This document shows, one piece after another, positions 30,412 through 39,344 of a DNA stretch of 64,000 nt. The position numbers and the translations under genes are program-made. Within the stretch, counting starts at the first letter, position 1, and each line of letters opens with the position of its first letter. The notes beneath the pieces are model-generated. The model did no database searches and was not told the DNA's origin. It saw only the letters and a list, made by a program, of their open reading frames with translations. The DNA is from Planctomycetota bacterium (GTDB taxonomy: Bacteria; Planctomycetota; UBA1135; UBA2386), in contig OZ245006.1 in assembly GCA_965223545.1 (NCBI GenBank), positions 6,752,001 through 6,816,000 on the forward strand, written 5' to 3'.

Positions 30412-32498
30412 CGCCAGAACCTGAACTCGTGGCTGTTGGTGACCGTCCAGACCAGGTCGCGCATCGCCGCCGCCGGGTCGCGGTCGAAATCGTCCCGCCA
30501 CCACGCGCGCTCTTCGTCGACCGGCGGCCGCGCCAGCGCAGCGCGGTAGACGGTGGTGAGGATGGTGTCGCGGTCTTCGGGGTTCGGCCGCCGGGGCAGC
30601 GCGCGCAGCAGCGCGCTGCCCGAGCGCAGCAGATAGCGCTCGACGATGCCGTTGAGCAGGGTGAGCACCTGGGGCACGTTGCCCTCTCGTATCGCCGCGT
30701 CGATGGTCTCGCGATCCGACTGGCCCAGCTGCGCCAGGAAGTGCGCCGGCGGCGCGGGGGACGGCAGGTCCGAAGCGCGGCGCAGCTCGCGGGGTGGTGG
30801 CAGCGCGGCGGTCCGCGCGGCGATCTCTTCGCGCACCGCCGCGACGCGCGACCGGTCGCGTGTACGGCGGGCCTCGGCCAGGTCGCTGCGCAGTGCGCGC
30901 AGCCCGCGGAGCGCGGCGGTGCGCTCCTCGTTCTGGGTCGCCGCGCGGGCCCGGCGCGCAGCGGTGCGTTCGCGGCGGTAGCGCGCGGGGTCCGTGTAGC
31001 GCACGGCTTCCTCGGCGGCCAGCGCGCGCAGGCCCGCGACGTCGAGACCGGCGAGCTCCTCGAAGCGATCGTAGATCTCGCCGGCGCCCTCGTCCGGTGC
31101 GGCGAGGTGCCGGTCGGGTTCCCCGACCGCCAGGGTGACGATGGAATCCCACAGCTGCTCGGCCGTCAGCCGGCGCTGCACAGGTCCTTGGAAGCGATAG
31201 GGGTGCGCGCCCTCGCCCGGGTAGGCACTGCGCTGGTAGGCCTCGGTGTAGAACAAGACTCGCTGCAGCTGTGACAGATCGTAGCCCAGCTCGAACGTGG
31301 TCTGCTCGAGGACGGTCAGCAGCGCGGGGTGGGTGATCTCGGTCGCCGCGGTGATGTCGTCGACCGGCTCGAACAAGCCGCGGCCGAACACCCGCCGCCA
31401 GATGCGGTTGGCGATCACGCGGGTGAAGCGCGGATTGTCGGGCGAGGTCAGCCAGTCGGCGAGCGCGGCGCGGGTGTCGGCCTCGGCGAAGCCGGCCGGT
31501 CGGTTGGCGCGTCGTCCGCGCCGCCGGGCCGGCGCGCGGTTGCCCGCCGGCGGCAGTGCCAGCGGCACCGCGTCGCCGAACGGAGTTGCCGCTGCCAGCA
31601 GGGTGCCACCGTCCTCGCCGTCCGCGTCGGTCGCCGGCAGCCGGAGGCGCCCACTGCCGCTGCCATCGATGCCGCTGGTCAGTCCGCGCAGCGCGCGGCG
31701 CAGGCCGCGGGCGTGCTCTGGCTGATCGCGCCGCAGCTCGCGGTCGAGGATGCGCAGCCCTGGGCGGGGCACTCCGAGTCCGCCGTTGTGCTGGTAGCGC
31801 AGATCGCCGGTGAACGCCGCCAGCTGGTAGAAGTCGCGCTGCGTCCACGGCTCGAACGGGTGGTCGTGGCACTGCGCGCACTCGAGCCGCGTGCCGAGGA
31901 ACGCGCGCGCCGTGTTGGCCATGTTGTCGAGCGGCATGCCGCGGTCGCGCAGGTAGTAGCCGGTGGCGCCGTTGTCCCGCGCATGCGCGGGCCCGTTGGC
32001 GGTCAGCAGCTCGGCGACCATCTCGTCGTACGGCCGGTCGTCGGCGAGGGCCTGCTTGAGCCAGTGCAGGTAGGGCTCGCCCGACACCTGTGGCGCCAGC
32101 CGCGACTTGACGCGCAGCAGGTCGGCCCAGAAGTGGAACATGTGGCTGTCGTGCCCCGGTGCGGCGAGCAGCCGGTCGATCAGCGCGGCGCGCTTGTCGG
32201 GGCTCCTGTCTTCGGCGAAGGCCGTGACCTCGTCGGCCGTCGGGATGCGGCCGACGATGTCGAGATGCGCGCGGCGCACGAAAGTCGCATCGTCGATCGG
32301 CGGCGCCGGCAGGAGGTCGTGGCGTGTCAAGTCTTCGCGCAGCAGGTCGTCGATGCGGGCGGCCATCGCCATCACCGCGGTGCGGTCGGCGGCCCGGCCT
32401 CGTTCTTGCGCGACGAGCCGCGCCGCCGAACCGGCCAGCACGCCGGCGACGATCACCGAGCCGACGGCGGTGTAGAGCGGTGGGGGAGGTCGGCGCAT
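30408..32498 (-). CDS. DUF1549/DUF1553 domain protein
   Basis: FVRRAHLDIVGRIPT, WADLLR, CAQCHDHPF, NRIWRRVFGRGL, NSHEFRF. Start ATG 32498. Confidence 0.9.
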   Translation of the reverse strand: MRRPPPPLYTAVGSVIVAGVLAGSAARLVAQERGRAADRTAVMAMAARIDDLLREDLTRHDLLPAPPIDDATFVRRAHLDIVGRIPTADEVTAFAEDRSPDKRAALIDRLLAAPGHDSHMFHFWADLLRVKSRLAPQVSGEPYLHWLKQALADDRPYDEMVAELLTANGPAHARDNGATGYYLRDRGMPLDNMANTARAFLGTRLECAQCHDHPFEPWTQRDFYQLAAFTGDLRYQHNGGLGVPRPGLRILDRELRRDQPEHARGLRRALRGLTSGIDGSGSGRLRLPATDADGEDGGTLLAAATPFGDAVPLALPPAGNRAPARRRGRRANRPAGFAEADTRAALADWLTSPDNPRFTRVIANRIWRRVFGRGLFEPVDDITAATEITHPALLTVLEQTTFELGYDLSQLQRVLFYTEAYQRSAYPGEGAHPYRFQGPVQRRLTAEQLWDSIVTLAVGEPDRHLAAPDEGAGEIYDRFEELAGLDVAGLRALAAEEAVRYTDPARYRRERTAARRARAATQNEERTAALRGLRALRSDLAEARRTRDRSRVAAVREEIAARTAALPPPRELRRASDLPSPAPPAHFLAQLGQSDRETIDAAIREGNVPQVLTLLNGIVERYLLRSGSALLRALPRRPNPEDRDTILTTVYRAALARPPVDEERAWWRDDFDRDPAAAMRDLVWTVTNSHEFRFWR

Positions 32499-32520
32499 GG
32501 CTGTGGTTCGAGGGTTGGAA

Positions 32521-33348
32521 TCAGGGCGATCGGCGCTGGGTGGATGGCGACTTGGACTTGCCGGCGGACTTGGTGCGGTGCACGAAGCGCAGGCCGGACC
32601 ACACCGCATCGACCGCGCAAATCTTGTTATCGACCAAACCGGTCGCGAGTCCGCGGGCGCGCACCGCACTCTCGGTCACGTCGGTGGGCACGCCCGATGC
32701 CTTCTTGGGCCAGGCGATCCACAGCCCGCCGCCGCGCCGCAGTGCGTTGCACGCGGCCGGCAGCCGGCGCTCGAGCGTCGCCAGGCGGTCGGCGAACAGC
32801 AGCAGGACGTCGCACTCGCCCTGCGCGCGCCGGCGGATCGCGACGCCATCGGGCAGTGGCTGCAGCTGTGCTTCGAAGCCCGGTGGCGCGCCGAGCAGGG
32901 CCACGGTCGCGGCCGCCTTGATGCCGAGCTTGGTCGGCAGCGGCGTCCCCGAGTAGCCGGCGGTGGCGGGCACGGGAGCCGCGGCGGGTCGGGCGAGCGC
33001 GCGCTGTACGCCGCCTTTGATGCCGCGCCAGGTGACGAACTCCGCCGTCGAGAACTGCTTGCGGGCGCGGGCGATGGCCTGCGCCGAGCCGCCGACGAAG
33101 ACGATGCCGGCGGCGCGGGTCTTCTTCTGCTGGCCGAGCCACGCCGCCAGGTGACAGCCGTGCGACGGCAGCCGCTCGAGGTCGATGACGACGACCTGCG
33201 GCACGCGGCCGGCGATCGCCCGCGCCGCGCCTCCGCCCTCCTCACTGCTGGCGGCGACGCTGAAGCCGGCCCTTTGCAGGCGTTCGCGCCGCTCGTCGAG
33301 CTCCGTGTCGCGCCAGTGCACCAAGTGAACGTGCGGCTTTGCTCTCAT
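32521..33348 (-). CDS. Receiver-like domain fused to DUF3052 family domain
   Basis: N-half flavodoxin-like (VVVIDLERLPSHG...IVFVGG). C-half GYSGTPLPTKLGIK...WIAWPKKASG...GLVDNKICAVDAVWSGLRF. Confidence 0.75.
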   Translation of the reverse strand: MRAKPHVHLVHWRDTELDERRERLQRAGFSVAASSEEGGGAARAIAGRVPQVVVIDLERLPSHGCHLAAWLGQQKKTRAAGIVFVGGSAQAIARARKQFSTAEFVTWRGIKGGVQRALARPAAAPVPATAGYSGTPLPTKLGIKAAATVALLGAPPGFEAQLQPLPDGVAIRRRAQGECDVLLLFADRLATLERRLPAACNALRRGGGLWIAWPKKASGVPTDVTESAVRARGLATGLVDNKICAVDAVWSGLRFVHRTKSAGKSKSPSTQRRSP

Positions 33349-34499
33349 CGCACACTCCCGTTACGCGGGCCAAAGGTCAGTGTAAACAGATGCGGGCGGC
33401 ACAAGAACCGAAACCGGGGGGCGTAGCAGCCCTCCATGCCCAGGCCTCGTGTGACCAGCCAGGGGCGACCGCCAGGGGTCTCGAACACGCCGCCGGCGGC
33501 GATTCGCCGCGGCACGGTCGAGAAGGTCAGCGGTGGTCCGAAGCCCGGCAGCTGCAGCTGACCGCCATGCGTGTGGCCGCAGAAGTAGGCATCGGCGTGC
33601 GGCACTTCGCGGTCGACGTCTGCTGCCAAATCGGGGGAGTGGCACAGCACCAAGAACAGCTCCTCGGCGCGCGCGCCGCGGCGCATGGCTTCGATGTCCG
33701 GCGCCAGGTGGTCGAGCCCGCCGATGCGCAGCGGCACGCCGCCGACCTCGAGCGTGGTGTTGCGGTTGCGCAGGTAGGTCACGTCGAGGCCGTCGAAGAT
33801 GCGGGCGCGCTGCGCCTCGGTGTCGGAGTCGCTGGTCGTGGCGAAGATGCCGTGCGGGGCGCGCAGCCGCTGCAGCACCCAGCGGGCGGCCGCGATCGCG
33901 GTGTCGGGATCCGAGGTCTGCGCGATGTAGTCGCCGGTGAACAGGATCAGGTCGGGGGCGAATGCCGCGACCTCCTCCACCACGGCGCGTTCGCGCGGCC
34001 CGAGGTCGACGAGCTGCAGGTCGGAGAGGTGGACGACCTTGAGCGTGCGCGCGCCGATCTCGTCGAACGCGAGCTGTCGCGGTTCGACCTCGAGCAGCAG
34101 CGGCTCGATGGCAGTCGACCACAGCGCGCCCAGCGGCAGCGCCGCGCAGACGGCCCGCCGCACTGCGCGGCTGCCGCGGCGCTCACCGTCGATGTTGCGC
34201 CACGCGAGCAGCGGCCACCACACGGCGAGCCAGTAGAACGGCAGCGCGACGCCGAGCGTCCACGCCAGCCGCGGCGCCGGCAGCGCCGCGCCGAAGCCGA
34301 GCTCAGCACTGAAAGTGCCGGCCAGGGCGAGCAGCAGGGCCACCGAGGGCAGCCCGATCCAGCGACCGGCGGCCGTGCCGATCCGCGGGCCGGCGCAGCG
34401 GCACAACAGCAACAGGAGCACGCCGCCGAGCGCGAGCGCCAGGCCGGCCGCGATCAGCTGGTGGGTGGCGTAGCCCCAGTTGAACGACATGACCACCAT
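33345..34499 (-). CDS. Membrane-anchored calcineurin-like metallophosphoesterase (YkuE/YaeI-like)
   Basis: N-terminal TMs, HLSDLQ, FTGDY, LCHSPD, CGHTHGGQ, TRGLG. The canonical DxH and GNHD motifs appear as DLQ and SDSD. Confidence 0.82.
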   Translation of the reverse strand: MVVMSFNWGYATHQLIAAGLALALGGVLLLLLCRCAGPRIGTAAGRWIGLPSVALLLALAGTFSAELGFGAALPAPRLAWTLGVALPFYWLAVWWPLLAWRNIDGERRGSRAVRRAVCAALPLGALWSTAIEPLLLEVEPRQLAFDEIGARTLKVVHLSDLQLVDLGPRERAVVEEVAAFAPDLILFTGDYIAQTSDPDTAIAAARWVLQRLRAPHGIFATTSDSDTEAQRARIFDGLDVTYLRNRNTTLEVGGVPLRIGGLDHLAPDIEAMRRGARAEELFLVLCHSPDLAADVDREVPHADAYFCGHTHGGQLQLPGFGPPLTFSTVPRRIAAGGVFETPGGRPWLVTRGLGMEGCYAPRFRFLCRPHLFTLTFGPRNGSVR

Positions 34500-34552
34500 C
34501 TTCGCCCGACGCCGGGGTCGTGGGGAGTCCGGATCGCTGCGCGCAACCCGTT

Positions 34553-37500
34553 TCAGCGCCGTGGCGCCGGCGGCAGCACGCGCATCGAGTGCCGCGCGCG
34601 CCGCCCCGAGGCCAGTTCGCGGACCTCGATCGTCCAGACGCCGCGCCCGTCGTTGGTGGCCAGGTCGAGCTGCAGCCGGAGGCCGCGGGGCGAGACGCCG
34701 TAGTGGCCGCTGAACTCGGCGCCGCGGCCGTCGGCGTCGCGGATGTCGACGTGGACGGGGATCACCGCGTCGATCGGGCTGCCGTCCGCGGTGCGCACGT
34801 TGATGTCGCAGTGCACGGCAGTCCCCGCCCGCGCCCGCGCCGGTGCCGCGATGGTGACGTCGTCGATGGGTGTGCTCGTGCGCATCAGCAGACGGCCTCC
34901 GCCCGGTGGCAGCCCGAGCGCGAAGGTGCTGCCGCCAGCACGGCGCTCGAGCGGGGCGATCGGCTCGCTGCGCACCAGGTCGTAGACGGTACCGCCGCCG
35001 GCCAGCCACAGCTCGGTGTCGGCCGGCAGCGCGCGCTCCATCACCATCTCGTACTGGCCGACGTAGTCGCCGTACTCGCGCGCGTCGTTGATCGCGAACA
35101 CGTAATCGGTGGTGCCGAAGCGCCGCCGCAGCAACACGACGTCGTCGTTGCTGCTGGACAGACTGCGCGGGTAGCGATCGCGCAGGGCGTCGGCCAAGCC
35201 CGCGGCGGTCTCCTGCAGAGTCTGCTTGTCGCGCTGGCCGTGGCCGGTGCGCCGCGTCACGGGCAGGGTCACGTCGGCCGAGAGCGCCGCGCAGAGCCGG
35301 TCGTCGGCGACGAGGATGCCGCCGCGCGCCTGGAAGGCGCGGATCCGATCGACGACCGGGCGCGGCAGGACGTCGCAGTCGGTGGCCAGCAGGACCCGGT
35401 AGCGGTCCAGCCCGCGTTCGAGAATCGTGTCCTCGTAGACGATCTCGGGTTGCAAGCCGGCGTAGCTCGCGGCGAGGAACGAGTCCCCCGACCAGCGCGT
35501 GCCCCAGCCGAAGGCGCCGCGGCCGGCGAGCATCTGTGCCGAGAAGCTCTCCAAGAACGCGACGTCGGTCGGTGCGTCTTCGATCTGCAGGAGCGCCGGC
35601 CCGAGGGGGCGCACCAGCGTGGTCACCAAGCGGTGCAGCTCGGGCGCGGTCTCGGGGTGGGTGTGCCGGTAGGGCCGGCTGCCGTCGACCGGTACCAGCG
35701 CCTCCCAGCCGTGGAACATCAGGCCGCGCACCGGTCGCGCCAGCGCCGTCCACACCGCCTCGCGCAGGTGCATCGGCGCGATCGTCAAGTAGCTGGCGTC
35801 GGGATCGTGGTCCTTCCACCGCGGCGGAGGCTCGGAGCTGCGCAGGCCGTTGGCCGGCGCGGTCTGCGAGCGGTACCAGATCAGCTGCACCATCTTCATG
35901 ACCGCTGGGCCGTGCTCGGCGCCCGCGGCCATGCAGCGCAGCGACTCGGTCGCCATGCCGACGCGGATCGGGTCGGGGTAGCTGTAGGACCAGTGCGACA
36001 GCACGTCGACACCGCCGCCGCTGCCGAAGACGCTGGCGACGCGTGCCGCCGGATCGGTGAACGTCCACAGCCGAGGGGCGGTCGAACGCAGCCCGTCGTG
36101 CAGCGCGCGATTCAGCCCGTTCCAGCCATCGCCCGCCTGCCAGTACCAGCGGTAGTAGCGCAGCAGGGGGTCATCGAGCTCGACGACGGCGGTGGACGGG
36201 CGATCGCCTTCGGCCGCGATGCCGCGCTTGTCCTCGACTCCCGGTGGGATCTCGGCTCCGGTGGCGCGGCGGTACGCCTCGCGATCGAGCGCGTGAAAGC
36301 ACGGCTGTGCGGCGTCGCGCACCTCGGTGTGCAGCAGGGCGCCGTCGAGCGCTGGAAATGCGCCCCAAGTGCGTGCCACCGCGGCACCCACCTGCCGGCA
36401 GAACTCGAGCAGGCGCGGCTGCAGGGCGCAGGCGCCGGCGTCGTCGTGCGGATCGCCGTGCCGGTCGACGCGACGCAGCTCGGGCCGCCGCGCTGCCCAC
36501 GCGCCCGGCGTCAGCGGCACGATCAGCGAGACGCCCCGCGCCAGGGCGCGGTCGAGCAGCGCGTGCGAAGCCGCCAGGCGTTCGCCGTCGTAGGCGGTGC
36601 GGCCGGGGTCGTTCCACAGCGCGCCGTAGTCGGCGCCGAGGCCCAGGCAGTGGGTGAAGCCGAGTCCGGCGACGCGGTCGAGCTCGCGCTCGACCTGCTC
36701 GACGCCGCCAAGACCCCAGAGGACGACCGGCATTCGCGGTGGAGTGCGCGCCAGCAGCTGCCAGTGCACGTGCTGCTCCAGCGGCTGGTGATCGGCCGTG
36801 GTGAGGTGCGCGCGCAGCGTGTAGGCGCCGGGGCGCAAGGTCGTGTCCAAGGGCAGCGTCAGGGTGTGCGCGCCATCGGCCGGCAGCACTGGCAAGGCGA
36901 CCGGGGGCAGCGCCACGCCCGGCGTGGGTTCGACGGCGAGGACCGCGCCGCGCAGCGGTGCGGCCGTGGTGTTGATCACCCGCAGTCGCAGCGCGGCGCC
37001 GGTCTCCATGCGCACGAAGTGCTGGCGTTGGCCGACGCTGTCGATGCGCACCGGTCGGTACTCCCGCACTCCGTCGCAGAGCCGCACCTCGTCGATGACG
37101 CCGGGGAAGCCGCGGTAGTAGCTGCCGATCCGGTCGCCGATGCTCACCGGGTGCCTGCCTCGGCTGATGCTGCCACGGCCGGACCGGTGTCCGCCGCCGA
37201 CGGGGATGCCATTGCGGAAGAAGCGCACCGTGCCGCTGCCGTCGTAGGTCAGCGCCACGTGCTGCCAGGTGGCCGCCGGCCACGACAAGGCCGCGGAATG
37301 GTAGGTCTCGCTCGAGCTGCCGAAACCGAGCGCGGCGCGGAGCCGGCGCTTTCCGCCTTCGGCCGGCACGTCGAGCACGAGCTGATAGTCGTCGTCGCCC
37401 ACGTACTTCTTGTCGAGCAAGAACACCTGCTCGCATTCGTCGAGGCGTGCGTCCGGCCGCAGCCACAGCTCGAGGGAGAACGCGGCGCGCGGCGACAGCC

Positions 37501-37798
37501 CGCCGGCGGTGCGGGCGACGGCCGCGTGGCGCTCGTCCGCGACCGGCCAACCCGGCGCGCTGCCGAGGCCGCCGCCGTGGCGGCCGTCGGCGCGGAGTGT
37601 GGCGCCGTACAGGGTCAGGTCGTGGCCGTGGCCCGAGTGGTCGCGGAGCGGTGCGTCGCCGTCGAACGACCAGTGCGCGAGCACGTGCGCCGCGGCGCGG
37701 TGCTCGGGCGGATAGCCCGTGCGCCAGGGCTCGCAGCGCTGGCTCGCCGCGCTGCTGAAGAGCGCGGCGGCCGCGCAGAACGCGGCAGTCTTCCTCAT
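34553..37798 (-). CDS. Exported LamG-domain protein with putative glycoside-hydrolase barrel and beta-galactosidase trimerisation-like domain
   Basis: Signal peptide, AHWSFD, FSLELW, WQHVALTYDG, FPGVIDEVRL (LamG); LDRYRVLLATDCDVLP...FQARGGILVAD (GATase-like). Confidence 0.72.
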   Translation of the reverse strand: MRKTAAFCAAAALFSSAASQRCEPWRTGYPPEHRAAAHVLAHWSFDGDAPLRDHSGHGHDLTLYGATLRADGRHGGGLGSAPGWPVADERHAAVARTAGGLSPRAAFSLELWLRPDARLDECEQVFLLDKKYVGDDDYQLVLDVPAEGGKRRLRAALGFGSSSETYHSAALSWPAATWQHVALTYDGSGTVRFFRNGIPVGGGHRSGRGSISRGRHPVSIGDRIGSYYRGFPGVIDEVRLCDGVREYRPVRIDSVGQRQHFVRMETGAALRLRVINTTAAPLRGAVLAVEPTPGVALPPVALPVLPADGAHTLTLPLDTTLRPGAYTLRAHLTTADHQPLEQHVHWQLLARTPPRMPVVLWGLGGVEQVERELDRVAGLGFTHCLGLGADYGALWNDPGRTAYDGERLAASHALLDRALARGVSLIVPLTPGAWAARRPELRRVDRHGDPHDDAGACALQPRLLEFCRQVGAAVARTWGAFPALDGALLHTEVRDAAQPCFHALDREAYRRATGAEIPPGVEDKRGIAAEGDRPSTAVVELDDPLLRYYRWYWQAGDGWNGLNRALHDGLRSTAPRLWTFTDPAARVASVFGSGGGVDVLSHWSYSYPDPIRVGMATESLRCMAAGAEHGPAVMKMVQLIWYRSQTAPANGLRSSEPPPRWKDHDPDASYLTIAPMHLREAVWTALARPVRGLMFHGWEALVPVDGSRPYRHTHPETAPELHRLVTTLVRPLGPALLQIEDAPTDVAFLESFSAQMLAGRGAFGWGTRWSGDSFLAASYAGLQPEIVYEDTILERGLDRYRVLLATDCDVLPRPVVDRIRAFQARGGILVADDRLCAALSADVTLPVTRRTGHGQRDKQTLQETAAGLADALRDRYPRSLSSSNDDVVLLRRRFGTTDYVFAINDAREYGDYVGQYEMVMERALPADTELWLAGGGTVYDLVRSEPIAPLERRAGGSTFALGLPPGGGRLLMRTSTPIDDVTIAAPARARAGTAVHCDINVRTADGSPIDAVIPVHVDIRDADGRGAEFSGHYGVSPRGLRLQLDLATNDGRGVWTIEVRELASGRRARHSMRVLPPAPRR

Positions 37799-37869
37799 AC
37801 GACCAGCGATGCAGAGGACATCGGCAGTCGGCTGCCGCCCGCCGCAGGCGGGGTCTCGATCCGAGACGC

Positions 37870-39330
37870 TTACTCGTTGATGCGCTTCTCGCCGGTCGCG
37901 GTCGCGGGGCCACGGGTCTGCAGCTCGGCGCGGATCTCGTGCAGGATCTCCAGCACCTCGTTCATGTCGGTCTGCAGTCGGTCGACCCGCTCGCTCAGCG
38001 TGGTGCCCTTGGCCGCGCGGCGTTCGCTGCGCAGGCGCTCTTCGAGCCGGGCGGCGCGGGCGGCGACGCGCGCCACCGCACCCCGTCCGGCCTCCTTCGC
38101 CGCGTCGGCACCGGCGGCCACGGAGACCTTGGCCGGCTTCGCGGGCTTCGCCGGTTTGGAGGGCTTGGTCGGCTTGCTGGGCTTCGCCAGCGAAGCGCGG
38201 ACCTCGCCGCGGGAACCACGCGCCTTTTCGGCGGCCTTCGCCGCCGCGGCACGGGCGACCTTGCGTGCCTTGTCGGCTTCGGCACGCGCCGCCTTGCGCG
38301 CCTTGTCGGCCTCGGCGCGCGCTGCCTTGCGCGCCTTCTCGGCGGCCTCGCGGGCCTCGGCGACTTGCTTCAGTGCGCTCTCGCGCGCCTTCTTGGCCAT
38401 TGCTTCGGCCTTCTTGGCGGACTCCTTGGCGTGCTTCTCGGCGATCCTGCGCGCCTTCTGGGCGGCCTCGCGCGCCTCGGCGACCTGCTTCAGCGCGCTC
38501 TCGCGCGCCTTCTTGGCCATTGCTTCGGCCTTCTTGGCGGACTCTTTGGCGTGCTTCTCGGCGATCCTGCGCGCCTTCTCGGCGGCCTCGCGCGCCTCGG
38601 CGACCTGCTTCAGCGCACTCTCGCGCGCCTTCTTGGCCATCGCTTCGGCCTTCTTGGTGGACTCTTTGGCGTGCTTCTCGGCGGCCCTGCGCGCCTTCTC
38701 GGCGGCCTCGCGCGCCTCGGCGACCTGCTTCAGTGCGCTCTCGCGCGCCTTCTGTGCGGATTCTTTGGCGCGCATCTCGGCGGTCGCGCGAGCCTTCTCG
38801 GCGGCCTTGCGTGCCTCGGCGACGCGCTTCTCCGCATCGGCGCGCAGCTTGGCGGTGGCCTTCTCCGCCTTCTTGCGCGCCTCGGCGGCGCTCTTCTCGG
38901 CGGCCTTGCGGATCTTCGCCGCGGCCGCGCGGGCCTCGGCGACTCGTTTCTCGGCGTCGGCGCGCAGCTTGGCGGCCGTCTTCTCTTGCTTCTTGCGGAT
39001 CTCGGCGGCGCGCTTCTCGGCCTGGGCGCTTGCCCGCGCGGCGCGCTCTTGTGCCTCGGCGATCCGCTTCTTGGCCCGCTCGGCTGCTTCGGCCTCGTTG
39101 CTTGAGCGCCGCACGGAAACGCGGGCGGGCGTGCAGCGGCGCCGGCTGGACGAAGTCCGGCTGGCCAGGGCGCGGCGCGCCTCGTCGAGCGCGGCGCGGG
39201 CCTCCTCGATGACGGCGCGCGCCGCCTCGATCTCTTTCTTGACCTCCGGCTTGGTGGCCTCTTGGGCGGGGGCGGTGAGCGCCAGCAGCGGCGCGCACAG
39301 CAGGGCGAGGGTGGGAAGTTTGGCGATCAT
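37870..39330 (-). CDS. Exported Ala/Lys/Glu/Arg-rich helical repeat protein (TolA-like composition)
   Basis: Signal peptide MIAKLPTLALLCAPLLALTAPA|Q, GAGGAG upstream, 40-aa and 11-aa repeats, KP-rich linker, C-terminal coiled coil. Confidence 0.8.
   Translation of the reverse strand: MIAKLPTLALLCAPLLALTAPAQEATKPEVKKEIEAARAVIEEARAALDEARRALASRTSSSRRRCTPARVSVRRSSNEAEAAERAKKRIAEAQERAARASAQAEKRAAEIRKKQEKTAAKLRADAEKRVAEARAAAAKIRKAAEKSAAEARKKAEKATAKLRADAEKRVAEARKAAEKARATAEMRAKESAQKARESALKQVAEAREAAEKARRAAEKHAKESTKKAEAMAKKARESALKQVAEAREAAEKARRIAEKHAKESAKKAEAMAKKARESALKQVAEAREAAQKARRIAEKHAKESAKKAEAMAKKARESALKQVAEAREAAEKARKAARAEADKARKAARAEADKARKVARAAAAKAAEKARGSRGEVRASLAKPSKPTKPSKPAKPAKPAKVSVAAGADAAKEAGRGAVARVAARAARLEERLRSERRAAKGTTLSERVDRLQTDMNEVLEILHEIRAELQTRGPATATGEKRINE
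38328..38753. repeat. Coding tandem repeat, 120-bp unit, ~3.5 near-identical copies; diverged 120-bp periodicity continues to ~39060
   Basis: Lines starting at 38341, 38461, 38581 and 38701 are near-identical. 38821 and 38941 also match each other. Unit is KARESALKQVAEAREAAEKARRIAEKHAKESAKKAEAMAK. Confidence 0.92.
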
Positions 39331-39344
39331 GGTCTCGTGGCTCC

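Noticed and set aside
33345..36068. 907-aa ORF as a large fusion
   Set aside because: Only the last ~385 codons encode the phosphoesterase. The rest overlaps the LamG gene out of frame.
38328..38753. Possible CRISPR array
   Set aside because: Units are contiguous 120-bp in-frame coding repeats with no unique spacers, and no cas genes are present.
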